The notes: a model not told the origin generated them from the letters alone. Positions 9,326-19,179 are shown, counted from the stretch's first letter. The stretch is 38,436 nt of DNA from a virus (IMGVR_UViG_2939147180_000005:1-38436), one strand, 5' to 3'. Numbers and translations: made by a program.

Positions 9326-10636
9326 TTAAATCCGAAGTGATGTGACTCTTCCGGTCGGTTTGACAATAGGGAATTGCTTAACGATGAAATAACCTCCGGC
9401 ATCATTCGGGTGATCATTGCCAGATTTTTTATCAGGCTCCCCCTTCTCATCCCAGACCTGTTGCTCCAGAGATTCGGCATATAACGGGCAACGCTTCACA
9501 TTAACTTTATAGCGACGCTCACCATTGGCATTGCAGAACATTGCATTCATTGAGTTAACGCGATCTTTTACTGGCGGGTTCGAGCTGTTCACCACAACGT
9601 TAAAACCAGCCTGCTTAAGCTGGGCTATATCCGTCGTACTTGCGTTACTTGATTTTCTGGAATCCCCGGAAGCATCTGGATAAATATAAATTTCCCTCAC
9701 TTTCCGGTAATCATTCCCATCATACAGCCAGAAGCGTTCTTTAATGATGCGGATCATATCCGGCGTATCGTAGGCATTGATGATTTCAGTTACCGCACAT
9801 GGAAGCCCCAAACGCAGCACATGGACGATTCCCGCCATCTTTCCAACGTTAAAATCCATCCCAATATAAATCGACTCCCCTGGCTGCTCCACTTCTTCGC
9901 AATTATTCAGTTTCCGGTCAAACTGATGGTAAACAGTACCACTTGTCAGGTTAGTAAACTGTCCTCGCAGATAGGCTTTAATCAGCTCTGGAGGGTATGA
10001 TTCAAGAAGCGAAGGAATGTAATCTGCTGGCAGGTTCTTTTCATTATCGAAAGTAGATGCCTGCACCAGACCATACAGTGAGGCCAGCTCTGTTTTTTCA
10101 CGCACGGCTTTAACAAACTGCTCGTAGACAAATTTGAATCCTTCCGGCGTGGTTGTAACGTCAATACCGTTGCGAAGTCCATCAATCTTATAACGCATAC
10201 GCGCAATTATCTTGCGCCACGCCGTTCTGGCTTTTTCCTTCGGCAAAATGTCCAGTTCATCCACCAACGCATTACCAATTTTGAAACCGACGATCGTTTG
10301 TGGCTTCTCCATCGATCTGCAGATAGTGGTTCCCCGATACTGGCGTCCGTAATAAAAGTGAACCTCTTTATTTCCCTCATTAATTTTTACGTTCAATCCC
10401 CAGTCAGCAGCAACTTCTTCCACTGTAGGGTAAAAAATATCGCGAATTTGGGGATACGTTGGCGCAAAATATCCCTGATTTATACCTGGATGCTCCCAAA
10501 TCCCCTTGCATATGCCGCCACACCCAACCCATGTTTTGCCCGAGCCAAAACCAGCAATATAGGCTTTAAATTTATGGGGCATTGAAAGAAATCGCGCCTG
10601 AGGCACATTAAGCGTCGGAGAGATCATCTTCATCAC
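9326..10636 (-). CDS. Terminase large subunit
   Basis: 436-aa ORF with N-terminal Walker A (…YIAGFGSGKTWVG…) and a C-terminal acidic nuclease-like region. Confidence 0.8.
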   Translation of the reverse strand: MMKMISPTLNVPQARFLSMPHKFKAYIAGFGSGKTWVGCGGICKGIWEHPGINQGYFAPTYPQIRDIFYPTVEEVAADWGLNVKINEGNKEVHFYYGRQYRGTTICRSMEKPQTIVGFKIGNALVDELDILPKEKARTAWRKIIARMRYKIDGLRNGIDVTTTPEGFKFVYEQFVKAVREKTELASLYGLVQASTFDNEKNLPADYIPSLLESYPPELIKAYLRGQFTNLTSGTVYHQFDRKLNNCEEVEQPGESIYIGMDFNVGKMAGIVHVLRLGLPCAVTEIINAYDTPDMIRIIKERFWLYDGNDYRKVREIYIYPDASGDSRKSSNASTTDIAQLKQAGFNVVVNSSNPPVKDRVNSMNAMFCNANGERRYKVNVKRCPLYAESLEQQVWDEKGEPDKKSGNDHPNDAGGYFIVKQFPIVKPTGRVTSLRI

Positions 10637-11702
10637 TCCTTACTCTGGCATCAACCACATTAATATTGATCGCCACAGGCTGGGGATGTTCATTATCTTC
10701 CACCGTTTCGATCTCTTTGCGCAGCTTCTGGTTTTCCATTCTGCGCCGTTCAATTTCCAGTTCCTGTAGCCGCTTATCTGCACATAAAGCCCCACCAGCA
10801 GCAAGCAAACGCAACAATTCACGCCGGGCGGCAGCCTTATCCTCCAGCAGGATCTCAACACCAAATTTTCCGAGCTTTGCCCCTGCATATAATTGCCGCG
10901 CTTCCCCATCAAGCAGAGTGGTATCAGCCATATAAAGCTGCCCCGTTCCCTCACCGCAGCACTTCGGGCAGTCCGGATTGGGTATGGCGTTATCAACAAA
11001 GCCAAGGCCACCATATTCCGGCTCGGGTTTGCCATCTCTGGAGGCCTGCGCCGCTGCCTTATCGAATTCTGCTATATCGCGCCACTGGTAGTGATGATTC
11101 TCGCCCCAGCAATAACGGCAGTTAACACGGCGAAATTGTGCCAACTGATTGGGGTCGGCCTGGACAATGGCCATCAACTGACTCACCAGTAAATCCAGGT
11201 CTGCGGTATAGCGTTTCTGGTACTGATTGCGGAAGTAGCTGATAGCACGAAAAACCTTAGGATTTCTTAGGAGCTGGCTGGCGGTTACGTAGGCCGCATT
11301 CCCCTCTGACTCGTATCCTGCCAGGCGATATGCCTCAACGAGTTTTTTCCCCTGGGCAACCAGCATTGCGAATTTCGCCTGCTGGTCAGAAACGCCGAAT
11401 TCATCGGGACAGAACGAAATTTCTTCCGCATCGCCCTCATTCAGGTACGCATCGGATACTGGCTTTTTTTCCTGAGATTTTCCGTTCCGCTTTTGTGCAG
11501 TCTGCGCAGATTTTTTCTGCGCACTTTTTTGCGCAGTTTTGCGCATTTCTGTCTGCGCATTTTTCGGAGGTTTTTTGATGTAACGACGGGCTGTTGCGTA
11601 ATTCAGTCCCCTTGCTTCACACCATGCCACCGGAGATATACCGGAGCGGGTGTATTCAGCAATATACTCCTGCTGCAACGCCCCCCAGTCCGGTCTGCTC
11701 AT
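10608..11702 (-). CDS. Putative terminase small subunit / DNA-packaging protein
   Basis: 364-aa ORF directly upstream of TerL: N-terminal HTH-like segment, basic AQK-repeat linker, C-terminal Cys cluster (CRYC…CPKCC). Confidence 0.5.
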   Translation of the reverse strand: MSRPDWGALQQEYIAEYTRSGISPVAWCEARGLNYATARRYIKKPPKNAQTEMRKTAQKSAQKKSAQTAQKRNGKSQEKKPVSDAYLNEGDAEEISFCPDEFGVSDQQAKFAMLVAQGKKLVEAYRLAGYESEGNAAYVTASQLLRNPKVFRAISYFRNQYQKRYTADLDLLVSQLMAIVQADPNQLAQFRRVNCRYCWGENHHYQWRDIAEFDKAAAQASRDGKPEPEYGGLGFVDNAIPNPDCPKCCGEGTGQLYMADTTLLDGEARQLYAGAKLGKFGVEILLEDKAAARRELLRLLAAGGALCADKRLQELEIERRRMENQKLRKEIETVEDNEHPQPVAININVVDARVRSDEDDLSDA

Positions 11703-11705
11703 CAG

Positions 11706-11957
11706 TTAGTCCTGATTTTTATCCACCCTGAGTAGTTCGCGCAGGGCAAAGGCATCCCCTTTTCTGGCAAGCTTAAACAATGCCGCCCGTAGCTCGGCTT
11801 CACCTTTCGCTCTGCCCTTACGGATGGACGCGTAAAAATTTGTCATTGCTTCCCGATTTTCTTTCAGTCGGTTCAGATCAACATCCAGAACGTCAGCGAT
11901 TTGTTGTGCAGTCATCCGGCACGCTGCCAGAGACTCGACTTTCGAATACGGAATCAT
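11706..11957 (-). CDS. Hypothetical small protein (possible DNA-binding); start may be the internal Met at 11915
   Basis: 83-aa ORF between the GT-like gene and TerS. Confidence 0.35.
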   Translation of the reverse strand: MIPYSKVESLAACRMTAQQIADVLDVDLNRLKENREAMTNFYASIRKGRAKGEAELRAALFKLARKGDAFALRELLRVDKNQD

Positions 11958-12825
11958 TTGTCACCCCCATTAATATGCAGGGTGTCTTCTTCCTGTATTT
12001 TTCGTGAAGGATTTTTACTGCAGCGTTGTTCCAGGTGACCTGATGGTGAATGCGTTTATGGCTGGCGCCCATCAGTGAGATTTTTACGCACGACGGCGCA
12101 TACATGACGGAATAAAAACTTTTAACGTAGGTCCCGGAATCCAGATACAGCTCGGTCATTCCGCCGCTGTTTTTCTGCGTCTGTTTCTGCCCTAACTGGA
12201 CAGCACCGATCGTCATAAACAATTCACCACGGCGACCGAGATTCGTGTACGTATTCACATCCTCGTTAATGCGCCCCATGAATGAGAACGGTCGATCAAC
12301 CGAACAGATAAAGCTGTTCATTGCCTTGCGTTTCACCCACGAAGCATGGCCGCCATTGTCACCAAGAAAATCCCCGCCCTGCGACATAGCGATGGAAAGC
12401 GCGGGTATTGATTCGTAATACGCCAGCATTTCAGAAAGGATCGCATCCAGTTTCCTTATCGGGAAATAGGCCTGGTCATAGTTGCGATCCACCCGAAACT
12501 GGAACTCGTGATAATCATCATCGAGCTGAATGAAGTATTTACACCCGACCAGTTTTGCCAGGTCGAAACAGGCATTACGGGCGTAAAAAATTGAGCGGTG
12601 GTCACCAAAATTATCGGCTTCGTCAAAACGACTGGCAATATCGGCTTTGGAAAATACCAGCACCTGTTCACCAAATTCAGCCATGTACTGATGCCGTGTC
12701 TTATCTTCATCATCAACAACGATAAAAATTTTCCCGGTATAGCCAGCACGACGCAACGTCCGGTAAGTCAGAACTTTGTCCGGTCGCCCGTGAGTCAGAA
12801 TAAAGGCGCAAAAATCATCACACAT
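11893..12825 (-). CDS. DxD-motif protein, possible GT-A-like nucleotide-sugar transferase
   Basis: …KIFIVVDDEDKT… and …KYFIQLDDDYHEF… resemble GT-A nucleotide-binding and DxD motifs; start overlaps the ParB-like gene stop by 8 nt. Confidence 0.4.
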   Translation of the reverse strand: MCDDFCAFILTHGRPDKVLTYRTLRRAGYTGKIFIVVDDEDKTRHQYMAEFGEQVLVFSKADIASRFDEADNFGDHRSIFYARNACFDLAKLVGCKYFIQLDDDYHEFQFRVDRNYDQAYFPIRKLDAILSEMLAYYESIPALSIAMSQGGDFLGDNGGHASWVKRKAMNSFICSVDRPFSFMGRINEDVNTYTNLGRRGELFMTIGAVQLGQKQTQKNSGGMTELYLDSGTYVKSFYSVMYAPSCVKISLMGASHKRIHHQVTWNNAAVKILHEKYRKKTPCILMGVTNDSVFESRVSGSVPDDCTTNR

Positions 12826-13606
12826 ATTCCTCCTCCCCGCTATGCATGATCGCCACCATGCGCTGCGTCATTCGGACAAATCCATTTTCAATAGCCTGCT
12901 GATAATCAATGATCACCAGCGCCGACTCCTCGAAAAGGCACTGAATTTCAGCGGGGGCATGAGCGTAATAGTCCGCAATTCTGCTGAAATTAAACACCGT
13001 GTGACGTTCTGCCGCACACAGGAGGAATTTCTCAATATCAGGATCAAGGGACGCCGAACGTATCCGGCTGATCAGCTCCTGAGTTTTCGTATCGTCATAC
13101 AGTTCACTGATATCCGGTTTACCGCCCGACGGCTCATAAACAGGCGTATCAATTTTCGTCGTATACGGCTCCTCCTTATTTCCTGTACCGGGCAAAACAT
13201 CCGTCAACAGTTCATCAATTTCTGTCGGGCCGAAGCCTGTCAGGGAGACATCAAAATCAGCATTGATTAGGTCCGACAGCTCCATCCGCAACAGATCTTC
13301 ATCCCAGCCAGCATTCATCGGTAGGCGATTATCTGCCAGGCGGTACGCCTTTTTCTGCTCATCCGTCAGGCCAGACAGAACAATGACCGGAACAGAATCC
13401 ATTTTGAGCATTTCAGCCGCCATAACACGACCGTGACCCGCAATAATTTCGCCCTTTTCGTCAATCAGCACCGGATTAGTCCAGCCGAATTGCTTAATAC
13501 TTTCTACCAGTTGTGCCACCTGCTCAGTACTGTGCGTCCTGGCGTTGTGCGCATACGGTGACAATTCTTGTAATGGGCGATAGACTATCTTTAATTTCTC
13601 GCTCAT
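12818..13606 (-). CDS. ParB-like nuclease domain protein
   Basis: N-terminal ParB/sulfiredoxin signature …FGWTNPVLIDEKGEIIAGHGRVMAA…; 262 aa with acidic C-terminal half. Confidence 0.7.
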   Translation of the reverse strand: MSEKLKIVYRPLQELSPYAHNARTHSTEQVAQLVESIKQFGWTNPVLIDEKGEIIAGHGRVMAAEMLKMDSVPVIVLSGLTDEQKKAYRLADNRLPMNAGWDEDLLRMELSDLINADFDVSLTGFGPTEIDELLTDVLPGTGNKEEPYTTKIDTPVYEPSGGKPDISELYDDTKTQELISRIRSASLDPDIEKFLLCAAERHTVFNFSRIADYYAHAPAEIQCLFEESALVIIDYQQAIENGFVRMTQRMVAIMHSGEEEYV

Positions 13607-13635
13607 ACAGCCTTGCTTTATGAATAAAACGCACC

Positions 13636-13672
13636 CCAGCAGCCAGTGCTACTGGGGCGGAGGTGTTGCTGG
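13636..13672 (-). terminator. Candidate intrinsic terminator downstream of trkG
   Basis: CCCCAG…CTGGGG hairpin followed on the minus strand by TGCGTTTTATTCAT. Confidence 0.35.
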
Positions 13673-13742
13673 TAAAGTTAGGTATTGGATCAATGAGTGA
13701 GTCAATATAATATTAAACTCACAATTATAAATCAGCCATATA

Positions 13743-15200
13743 TTAGGAGCGCCAAAAAAAACCTGAAAACAATATAATAACAGGATAAATTTCAAGGCGA
13801 CCAAGAATCATAGCTATGCACATTAAATATTTTGCAATGTCATTAAGCACTCCGAATGACGATGCAGTAGCCCCAAAACCTAATCCCATATTATTAATAC
13901 ATGCAGCCACTGTTGCAAATGATGTAAGAAAATCATATCCCATACCATTTAACACCAGTATAAAAAACACCGTGAAGAGAGTATAAAGAAAAAAGAAACT
14001 CCATACAGACCTCATTACACGATCTGTAACTATCTTCCCTCCTACATTTACACTCAACAACGCTCTGGGATGAGAAAGCTGATTTATCTCGTGTTTGCTT
14101 TGTTTGAAAAGTATAAGAAATCGAAGTGACTTAATTCCACCACAAGTTGAACCTATACATCCCCCAAAGAAACTTGACGACAGCAAAAACACTATCGTGT
14201 GCGTGGGCCAGTTTGCATAATCCTGCGTAGCTAAACCATTATCAGTGAGCATGGAGCTGGCAAGAAAAAACGAATGAATAAAACTTCCATGCAAGTCATA
14301 CATACCTATATGCCAGACCTGGAAAGAGGTAACAATGATCACCCCTAAGGCTATTAACAGAAAGAAACGAAGTTCAATATCTCTGATTAAAGGTTTTATC
14401 GTTTTCCTGCTAATAACAATATACCAAAGAGTGAAGTTGAAAGCCGATAGCAGGGAAAAAGAACCAGCCACCAGCTCAACCAAATAGTTATTAAAATATC
14501 CGATACTCTCGCTATGAGTTGAGAAACCACCAAGCGAAACTGTGGAAATCCCGTGACAAATAGCATCAAACAAAGGCATTCCTGCAAGTCTATAACAGAC
14601 AATACAAGCAATACCTAATAAAGAATAAGTTATCCACAGTGTCCGTGACGTATCGGCCAGGCGGGGAGTGAGTTTGTCATCCTTAAATGGCCCCGGCATT
14701 TCTGACTGATAAAGCTTTGCACCACCAATACCCAATAATGGCAATACAGCAACCGCCAGAACAATAACTCCTAAACCACCTATAAAATTTAACTGTGACC
14801 GATAGTACAAATATGCCCGAGGTAATGAACTAACATCATCAATTACAGTTGCTCCTGTTGTTGTTATTCCAGAAACCCCTTCAAACAGAGCATCAATGAA
14901 CGTTAAATTAAGTTCTGAGTCAATCCATAAAGGGAATGCACTAATAACAGAAAACAAAATCCAAAACATTACAATTATAATAAACCCATCACGGGTACGT
15001 AATTGAATGCCAGATTTCTTAGTTGTATACCACGCTCCGCCACCAATGCAAAAAAACATAACGAAAGTTATAAAGAAAACGAACAGGCTTTTTTCTTTAT
15101 AAAACAATGCTACAACCATTGGTGGCAACATTGAAAGACTATAGAGCCAAACCAGAAACCCACACATATGAGTAACAACTCTTACATGAGATGTATTCAT
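13743..15200 (-). CDS. trkG: TrkG, Trk-system K+ uptake protein (prophage moron)
   Basis: Translation from MNTSHVRVVTHMCGFLVWLYSL… matches remembered Rac TrkG; multi-pass membrane protein; AT-rich codon usage. Confidence 0.9.
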   Translation of the reverse strand: MNTSHVRVVTHMCGFLVWLYSLSMLPPMVVALFYKEKSLFVFFITFVMFFCIGGGAWYTTKKSGIQLRTRDGFIIIVMFWILFSVISAFPLWIDSELNLTFIDALFEGVSGITTTGATVIDDVSSLPRAYLYYRSQLNFIGGLGVIVLAVAVLPLLGIGGAKLYQSEMPGPFKDDKLTPRLADTSRTLWITYSLLGIACIVCYRLAGMPLFDAICHGISTVSLGGFSTHSESIGYFNNYLVELVAGSFSLLSAFNFTLWYIVISRKTIKPLIRDIELRFFLLIALGVIIVTSFQVWHIGMYDLHGSFIHSFFLASSMLTDNGLATQDYANWPTHTIVFLLSSSFFGGCIGSTCGGIKSLRFLILFKQSKHEINQLSHPRALLSVNVGGKIVTDRVMRSVWSFFFLYTLFTVFFILVLNGMGYDFLTSFATVAACINNMGLGFGATASSFGVLNDIAKYLMCIAMILGRLEIYPVIILFSGFFWRS

Positions 15201-15337
15201 ATCTAAATATTCTTTCAATTATAACCACCTTGCTGCAATATTATGATTATACTGTATAAAATTTAACTCCTCTTAGATCTTACTTCACTGTTCCTTATGA
15301 AACAATCATCAAAATGAATCATATTGTAGTTAAGATT

Positions 15338-15802
15338 TTACTTTAAACACTGTTCGGTTATGTATTGCTGAGCACCTTCAAGTTGGGCCTGCATCATTAC
15401 CAGTCGTTCCCGGAGGGTGAAATAATCCCGTTCAGCGGTGTCTGCCAGTCGGGGGGAGGCTGCATTATCCACGCCGGAGGCGGTGGTGGCTTCACGCACT
15501 GACTGACAGACTGCTTTGATGTGCAACCGACGACGACCAGCGGCAACATCATCACGCAGAGCATCATTTTCAGCTTTCGCATTAGCTAACTCCTTCGTGT
15601 ATTTTTCATCCAGTGCAGCAACATCACGCTGGCGCATCTGCATGTCAGTAATTGCCGCGTTCGCCAGCTTCAGTTCTCTGGCATTTTTGTCGCGCTGGGC
15701 TTTGTAGGTAATGGCGTTATCACGGTAATGATTAACAGCCCATGACAGGCAGACGATGATGCAGATAACCAGAGCGGAGATAATCGCGGTTACTCTGTTC
15801 AT
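15338..15802 (-). CDS. Rz-like i-spanin
   Basis: Start ATG overlaps the endolysin stop (ATGA); N-terminal TM helix then coiled-coil periplasmic domain. Confidence 0.75.
   Translation of the reverse strand: MNRVTAIISALVICIIVCLSWAVNHYRDNAITYKAQRDKNARELKLANAAITDMQMRQRDVAALDEKYTKELANAKAENDALRDDVAAGRRRLHIKAVCQSVREATTASGVDNAASPRLADTAERDYFTLRERLVMMQAQLEGAQQYITEQCLK
15397..15582 (-). CDS. Rz1-like o-spanin lipoprotein, embedded in Rz in the +1 frame
   Basis: [20 protein letters not shown] lipobox signal, then proline-rich PPPPPAW… mature region. Confidence 0.7.
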   Translation of the reverse strand: MRKLKMMLCVMMLPLVVVGCTSKQSVSQCVKPPPPPAWIMQPPPDWQTPLNGIISPSGNDW

Positions 15803-16296
15803 TGCTGACCCCACAAACAGATTTCACGCTCAATCTCACGACGAGTCATGAGACCTTTCCATTGCTTACCGCCAGCATATGTCCAGCGACGTAGCTGATC
15901 ACATGCGCCTTTGATATCGCCCTGGTTTATTTTGCGAAGAAGCGTCGATGTTCTGAAATTGCCAGCACCCACGTTGTAAACGAATGAGTAAAGAGCGCCG
16001 CGCGTTGTTTCCGGTATATCGACTTCGATGTACGGGTTAATTTGTCTGGCGACAGTGGCAAGGTCTTTATTCAAGAGTGCTTTGCATTCTGCTTTGGTAT
16101 ACGTTTTACCGAGCATGATGTCTTTTCCTGTATGCCCGTGACATACAGTCCATACACCAACAATATCTTTGTATGGTATGTAGCTGACACCTTCCAGACC
16201 ATCGTTACCACTTGGGCCAGTGATTAACACTGATGCTATAGCAATTGCTCCGCCACCAATAGCAGCAGCAACGGCTTTTCGTAATGATGGAGGCAT
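15799..16296 (-). CDS. SAR endolysin (T4-lysozyme-like muramidase, phage 21 R type)
   Basis: N-terminal Gly/Ala-rich signal-anchor-release segment [20 protein letters not shown] followed by a lysozyme-like domain; 1-nt overlap with the holin stop. Confidence 0.85.
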   Translation of the reverse strand: MPPSLRKAVAAAIGGGAIAIASVLITGPSGNDGLEGVSYIPYKDIVGVWTVCHGHTGKDIMLGKTYTKAECKALLNKDLATVARQINPYIEVDIPETTRGALYSFVYNVGAGNFRTSTLLRKINQGDIKGACDQLRRWTYAGGKQWKGLMTRREIEREICLWGQQ

Positions 16297-16511
16297 TATT
16301 CACCTCTCGCAGCCTTGCGCTTATCTTCTTTAATCTTGAAATAAAGGTTTGTCAGGTACGTCAGCAGGCCAAAAACCAGACTACCCAGCACACCGATTGC
16401 AGCCCACTGTGACGGAGTTACTCTATCGAGCAACTGTAAAAACCAGTAGCCAGCACTGCCTGCGGAGGTGCCATAGGCGACACCCGTTGTTAACTTATCC
16501 ATGGATTTCAT
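16296..16511 (-). CDS. Pinholin, phage 21 S-like class II holin with dual-start motif
   Basis: [31 protein letters not shown]…[32 protein letters not shown] matches remembered S21; two TM helices; Met1/Met4 dual start. Confidence 0.85.
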   Translation of the reverse strand: MKSMDKLTTGVAYGTSAGSAGYWFLQLLDRVTPSQWAAIGVLGSLVFGLLTYLTNLYFKIKEDKRKAARGE

Positions 16512-16892
16512 AACCCCCACCTCGCAGATGCGGGCGCTGTGTAATGGAAACAAAAAATGGCCACCAGCGGCCCGTAAAAAACACCCCGTCAAAAGCACCG
16601 GCATCCGCAGATGCCCTTTGCGTGGCGTTATTTGATGCGCGCCAGATGTGGCGCAAAGAAATGAAATAAGACTTATCGAAAATTAAGGTTAATTTGATGA
16701 TTTAAACCACTTCTGAAGCTTAGTAGTATGAACATGTCCCCAGAAGGGGGCCAATACTTATGATTCTTCATGGACTTTGTCCCGCGGCGTTAATCCGACG
16801 GCCGCGCTTTTTTTGCGCCATATTCATCGCTAACTTACATGGCATTGCCACACGGGCATTATCAGTGTCCGTGTTTCTTTTTTTAGGGTTCA

Positions 16893-16925
16893 GAATAAAA
16901 AAAACCGCCCGGTGGAGGCGGTAAA
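16893..16925 (-). terminator. Candidate intrinsic terminator between the tRNA cluster and the holin
   Basis: Minus strand reads CCGCC-TCCACCG-GGCGG followed by TTTTTTTTATT. Confidence 0.4.
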
Positions 16926-17197
16926 GGATGTATTTCCAGGTTTTGCTTAGTATATGATTAATCTCAATGTCATTTTTAGCGATGTTTACAACATCGGGAT
17001 GGCACATCACCGGCCCTGCCAGGAAATACAAAATCTCCACCGATAATGCACCATTCTGCTGCCGTAAAAAAATCAGCACTGAGGCTACACCTGGCCTCAA
17101 ATCATAGCCAGAGAACAGAATGCTTTTTCGAAACAACCTGCTCCCACGTAATAAAAATACGCCAGTGCTGCAATACAATAAGGCTTATTTCAAATGC

Positions 17198-17272
<75 letters not shown>

Positions 17273-17275
17273 ATA

Positions 17276-17351
<76 letters not shown>

Positions 17352-17569
17352 ACAGAACCGCCACCGAGGTATCGAATCTCACACCTACCACTTAAATGAT
17401 GGTCGGCTCTTCCCGATGAGCAGATGGCGGTGTTCCCTTAATGGGATAGCTGTATTCAGTAATCCGTTATTCGAATACACCATCGAAGGAACAAGCGCAT
17501 TATATACATTCACGATTCGTGTTATTAGCTAATTGCGCACAACACAGCTTCATTTAACGAAATGCCCCC

Positions 17570-17601
17570 CAGAAACAACAAAACCCGCTCAATGGCGGGT
17601 T
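17570..17601 (-). terminator. Candidate tR'-like terminator downstream of the Q-like gene
   Basis: Minus strand reads AACCCGCCATTGAGCGGGTT hairpin then TTGTTGTTTCTGG; lies 85-115 nt downstream of the Q-like stop. Confidence 0.4.
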
Positions 17602-17684
17602 CTGGTAAAGTTCATGCGCTTGGTTCGCCTCGCGATACAGCTTTGCGAAACATACCGGAATTGAAGCAATTTATGCGTAAAAAA

Positions 17685-18227
17685 TCAAGCTATTTTTTGA
17701 GCAAATGATTCTCGCATGGGAATATACAGGGCATATTCAGCAACGGCTAACCAATTAGCAATTCGCTTTTCGCATGTGCTAAAACACCACTCAGGATGTG
17801 CATCATTCAGCAATTCAGCCATTTTACGCTTAGTCATCCCCCTCCCTTCATATCGTTGCCGGAGGATACAAATCAATCCTGGGTGTTTTGCCAGCACCTC
17901 ACTTATGACTCTATCAATACATAACGCCTCTGCATCAGTACAATGCGCCAGCCAGGTCTTTTGCTTGCCATTGATCATCTCTCGCAAAAACGCTTCCAGC
18001 TCAGGTTTCTCTATTCCCGCTTTTTTCATCCTGCGCAGGGCTTCATTGACGGCTGTTTTCGTCAATTTTTTGGATGCCAGCAACTGGTTAAACATATTTC
18101 CCGTCTTACCGCCGCCAATATACGACCAGCGCCCCCACATGCGCAGTTTTCCCTGAATCCAGACACTTTCCAGCGTGGTGAGACGAAGGTGTTCCCCGCT
18201 TTTGCCTGTATTTGTTGGGTAAATCAT
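17685..18227 (-). CDS. Putative late-gene antiterminator (Q-like)
   Basis: Start re-set to MIYPTNTGKSGEH… (AGGAAGG RBS); position between nin-like genes and the tRNA/lysis region is as for lambdoid Q; family not verified. Confidence 0.45.
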   Translation of the reverse strand: MIYPTNTGKSGEHLRLTTLESVWIQGKLRMWGRWSYIGGGKTGNMFNQLLASKKLTKTAVNEALRRMKKAGIEKPELEAFLREMINGKQKTWLAHCTDAEALCIDRVISEVLAKHPGLICILRQRYEGRGMTKRKMAELLNDAHPEWCFSTCEKRIANWLAVAEYALYIPMRESFAQKIA

Positions 18228-18514
18228 AAATAACCTTCCTTTCTCCAGATTTCTTGTGTGCGAAAAACACCTTCTGCATGCATCAGGCGTAATTCTTCTT
18301 TGGTGTAATCGCTGGTTTTTACCCGCCCGTCGATTAAATCGTGGCATGAGCTATAGGCAATCGCTGCCTGCATATCGTGTGGTTTTGTCGCTGTTCCGCA
18401 CGTCCCCGCCAGCCTGTAATGCGCCAGCACAGAGGTTTCGGGATTGTGATTGCAGTAGCCAGGGATTCTGATCTGGCACATCTGGCCTTTAGCCGCTTTA
18501 CGTAAATCCACCAT
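18224..18514 (-). CDS. YbcO-like protein (DUF1364, putative nuclease)
   Basis: MVDLRKAAKGQMCQIRIPGYCNHNPETSVLAHYRLAGTCGT… resembles remembered DLP12 YbcO with conserved Cys/His. Confidence 0.7.
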   Translation of the reverse strand: MVDLRKAAKGQMCQIRIPGYCNHNPETSVLAHYRLAGTCGTATKPHDMQAAIAYSSCHDLIDGRVKTSDYTKEELRLMHAEGVFRTQEIWRKEGYL

Positions 18515-19113
18515 TACGCAAACTCCAGCAGCTGCGCAGCAACATTTTCGACTTGTTCCGGAGAGGAAAATTTACGGAACAGGATCCAGTTCCAAAGCAC
18601 ATTCAGTACGGATTTATAAACCTGCTGAAACTCGGTATCGTCCATGTTCGCAAACGCGATAGATCTTGCCCTGCGTCCACGGCTACCGTCCGGATAAAAA
18701 TGCTCGGTGTAAAATCCGGCCTCAATAGTTACCCATTCACGGAAAGCATCAAATGACTTTAGCAATGCCGTATCACAGGTTCTGCGTATCGCAATGGTAT
18801 TCAGATATTGTTCTGCGGCATCACTCAGGGCTGGCGTATGTTCCCGGCCGACCGAGTCACACAGATAATCAACGAAACCGGACACAAGTTTTCGTTCACG
18901 AGAGGTGATCGCCCCACCGACAGGAGTCCAGTAATCGAATCCGAGTTGCAGGAGTTTGAAAAAACGCTTGTGAAATGCGTAGTTACGAACGCGCTTAAAA
19001 TCAGCGTGTATCCACTCACCTATTTTTATTTGATGCAAGAATTCGCAACTCTCCGATGTTGCCGGGAGCAGTAATCCAGAAGAGGTATGTTTGATCAGTT
19101 GTATATGTGCCAT
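18514..19113 (-). CDS. nin-region protein (DUF1367-like)
   Basis: 199-aa ORF, start/stop overlap with the YbcO-like gene; family from memory. Confidence 0.5.
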   Translation of the reverse strand: MAHIQLIKHTSSGLLLPATSESCEFLHQIKIGEWIHADFKRVRNYAFHKRFFKLLQLGFDYWTPVGGAITSRERKLVSGFVDYLCDSVGREHTPALSDAAEQYLNTIAIRRTCDTALLKSFDAFREWVTIEAGFYTEHFYPDGSRGRRARSIAFANMDDTEFQQVYKSVLNVLWNWILFRKFSSPEQVENVAAQLLEFA

Positions 19114-19179
19114 CGGCTTTCTCCGGTGGCACGGTGTTACTCAGCAGGGGGTCAACCCTGCGCTGAATTGTAGATGAGT

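Noticed and set aside
16768-17178. 136-aa minus-strand ORF between tRNAs and holin
   Set aside because: Spans a terminator hairpin and AT-rich intergenic DNA; composition not protein-like; no RBS. The region looks like an empty moron site.
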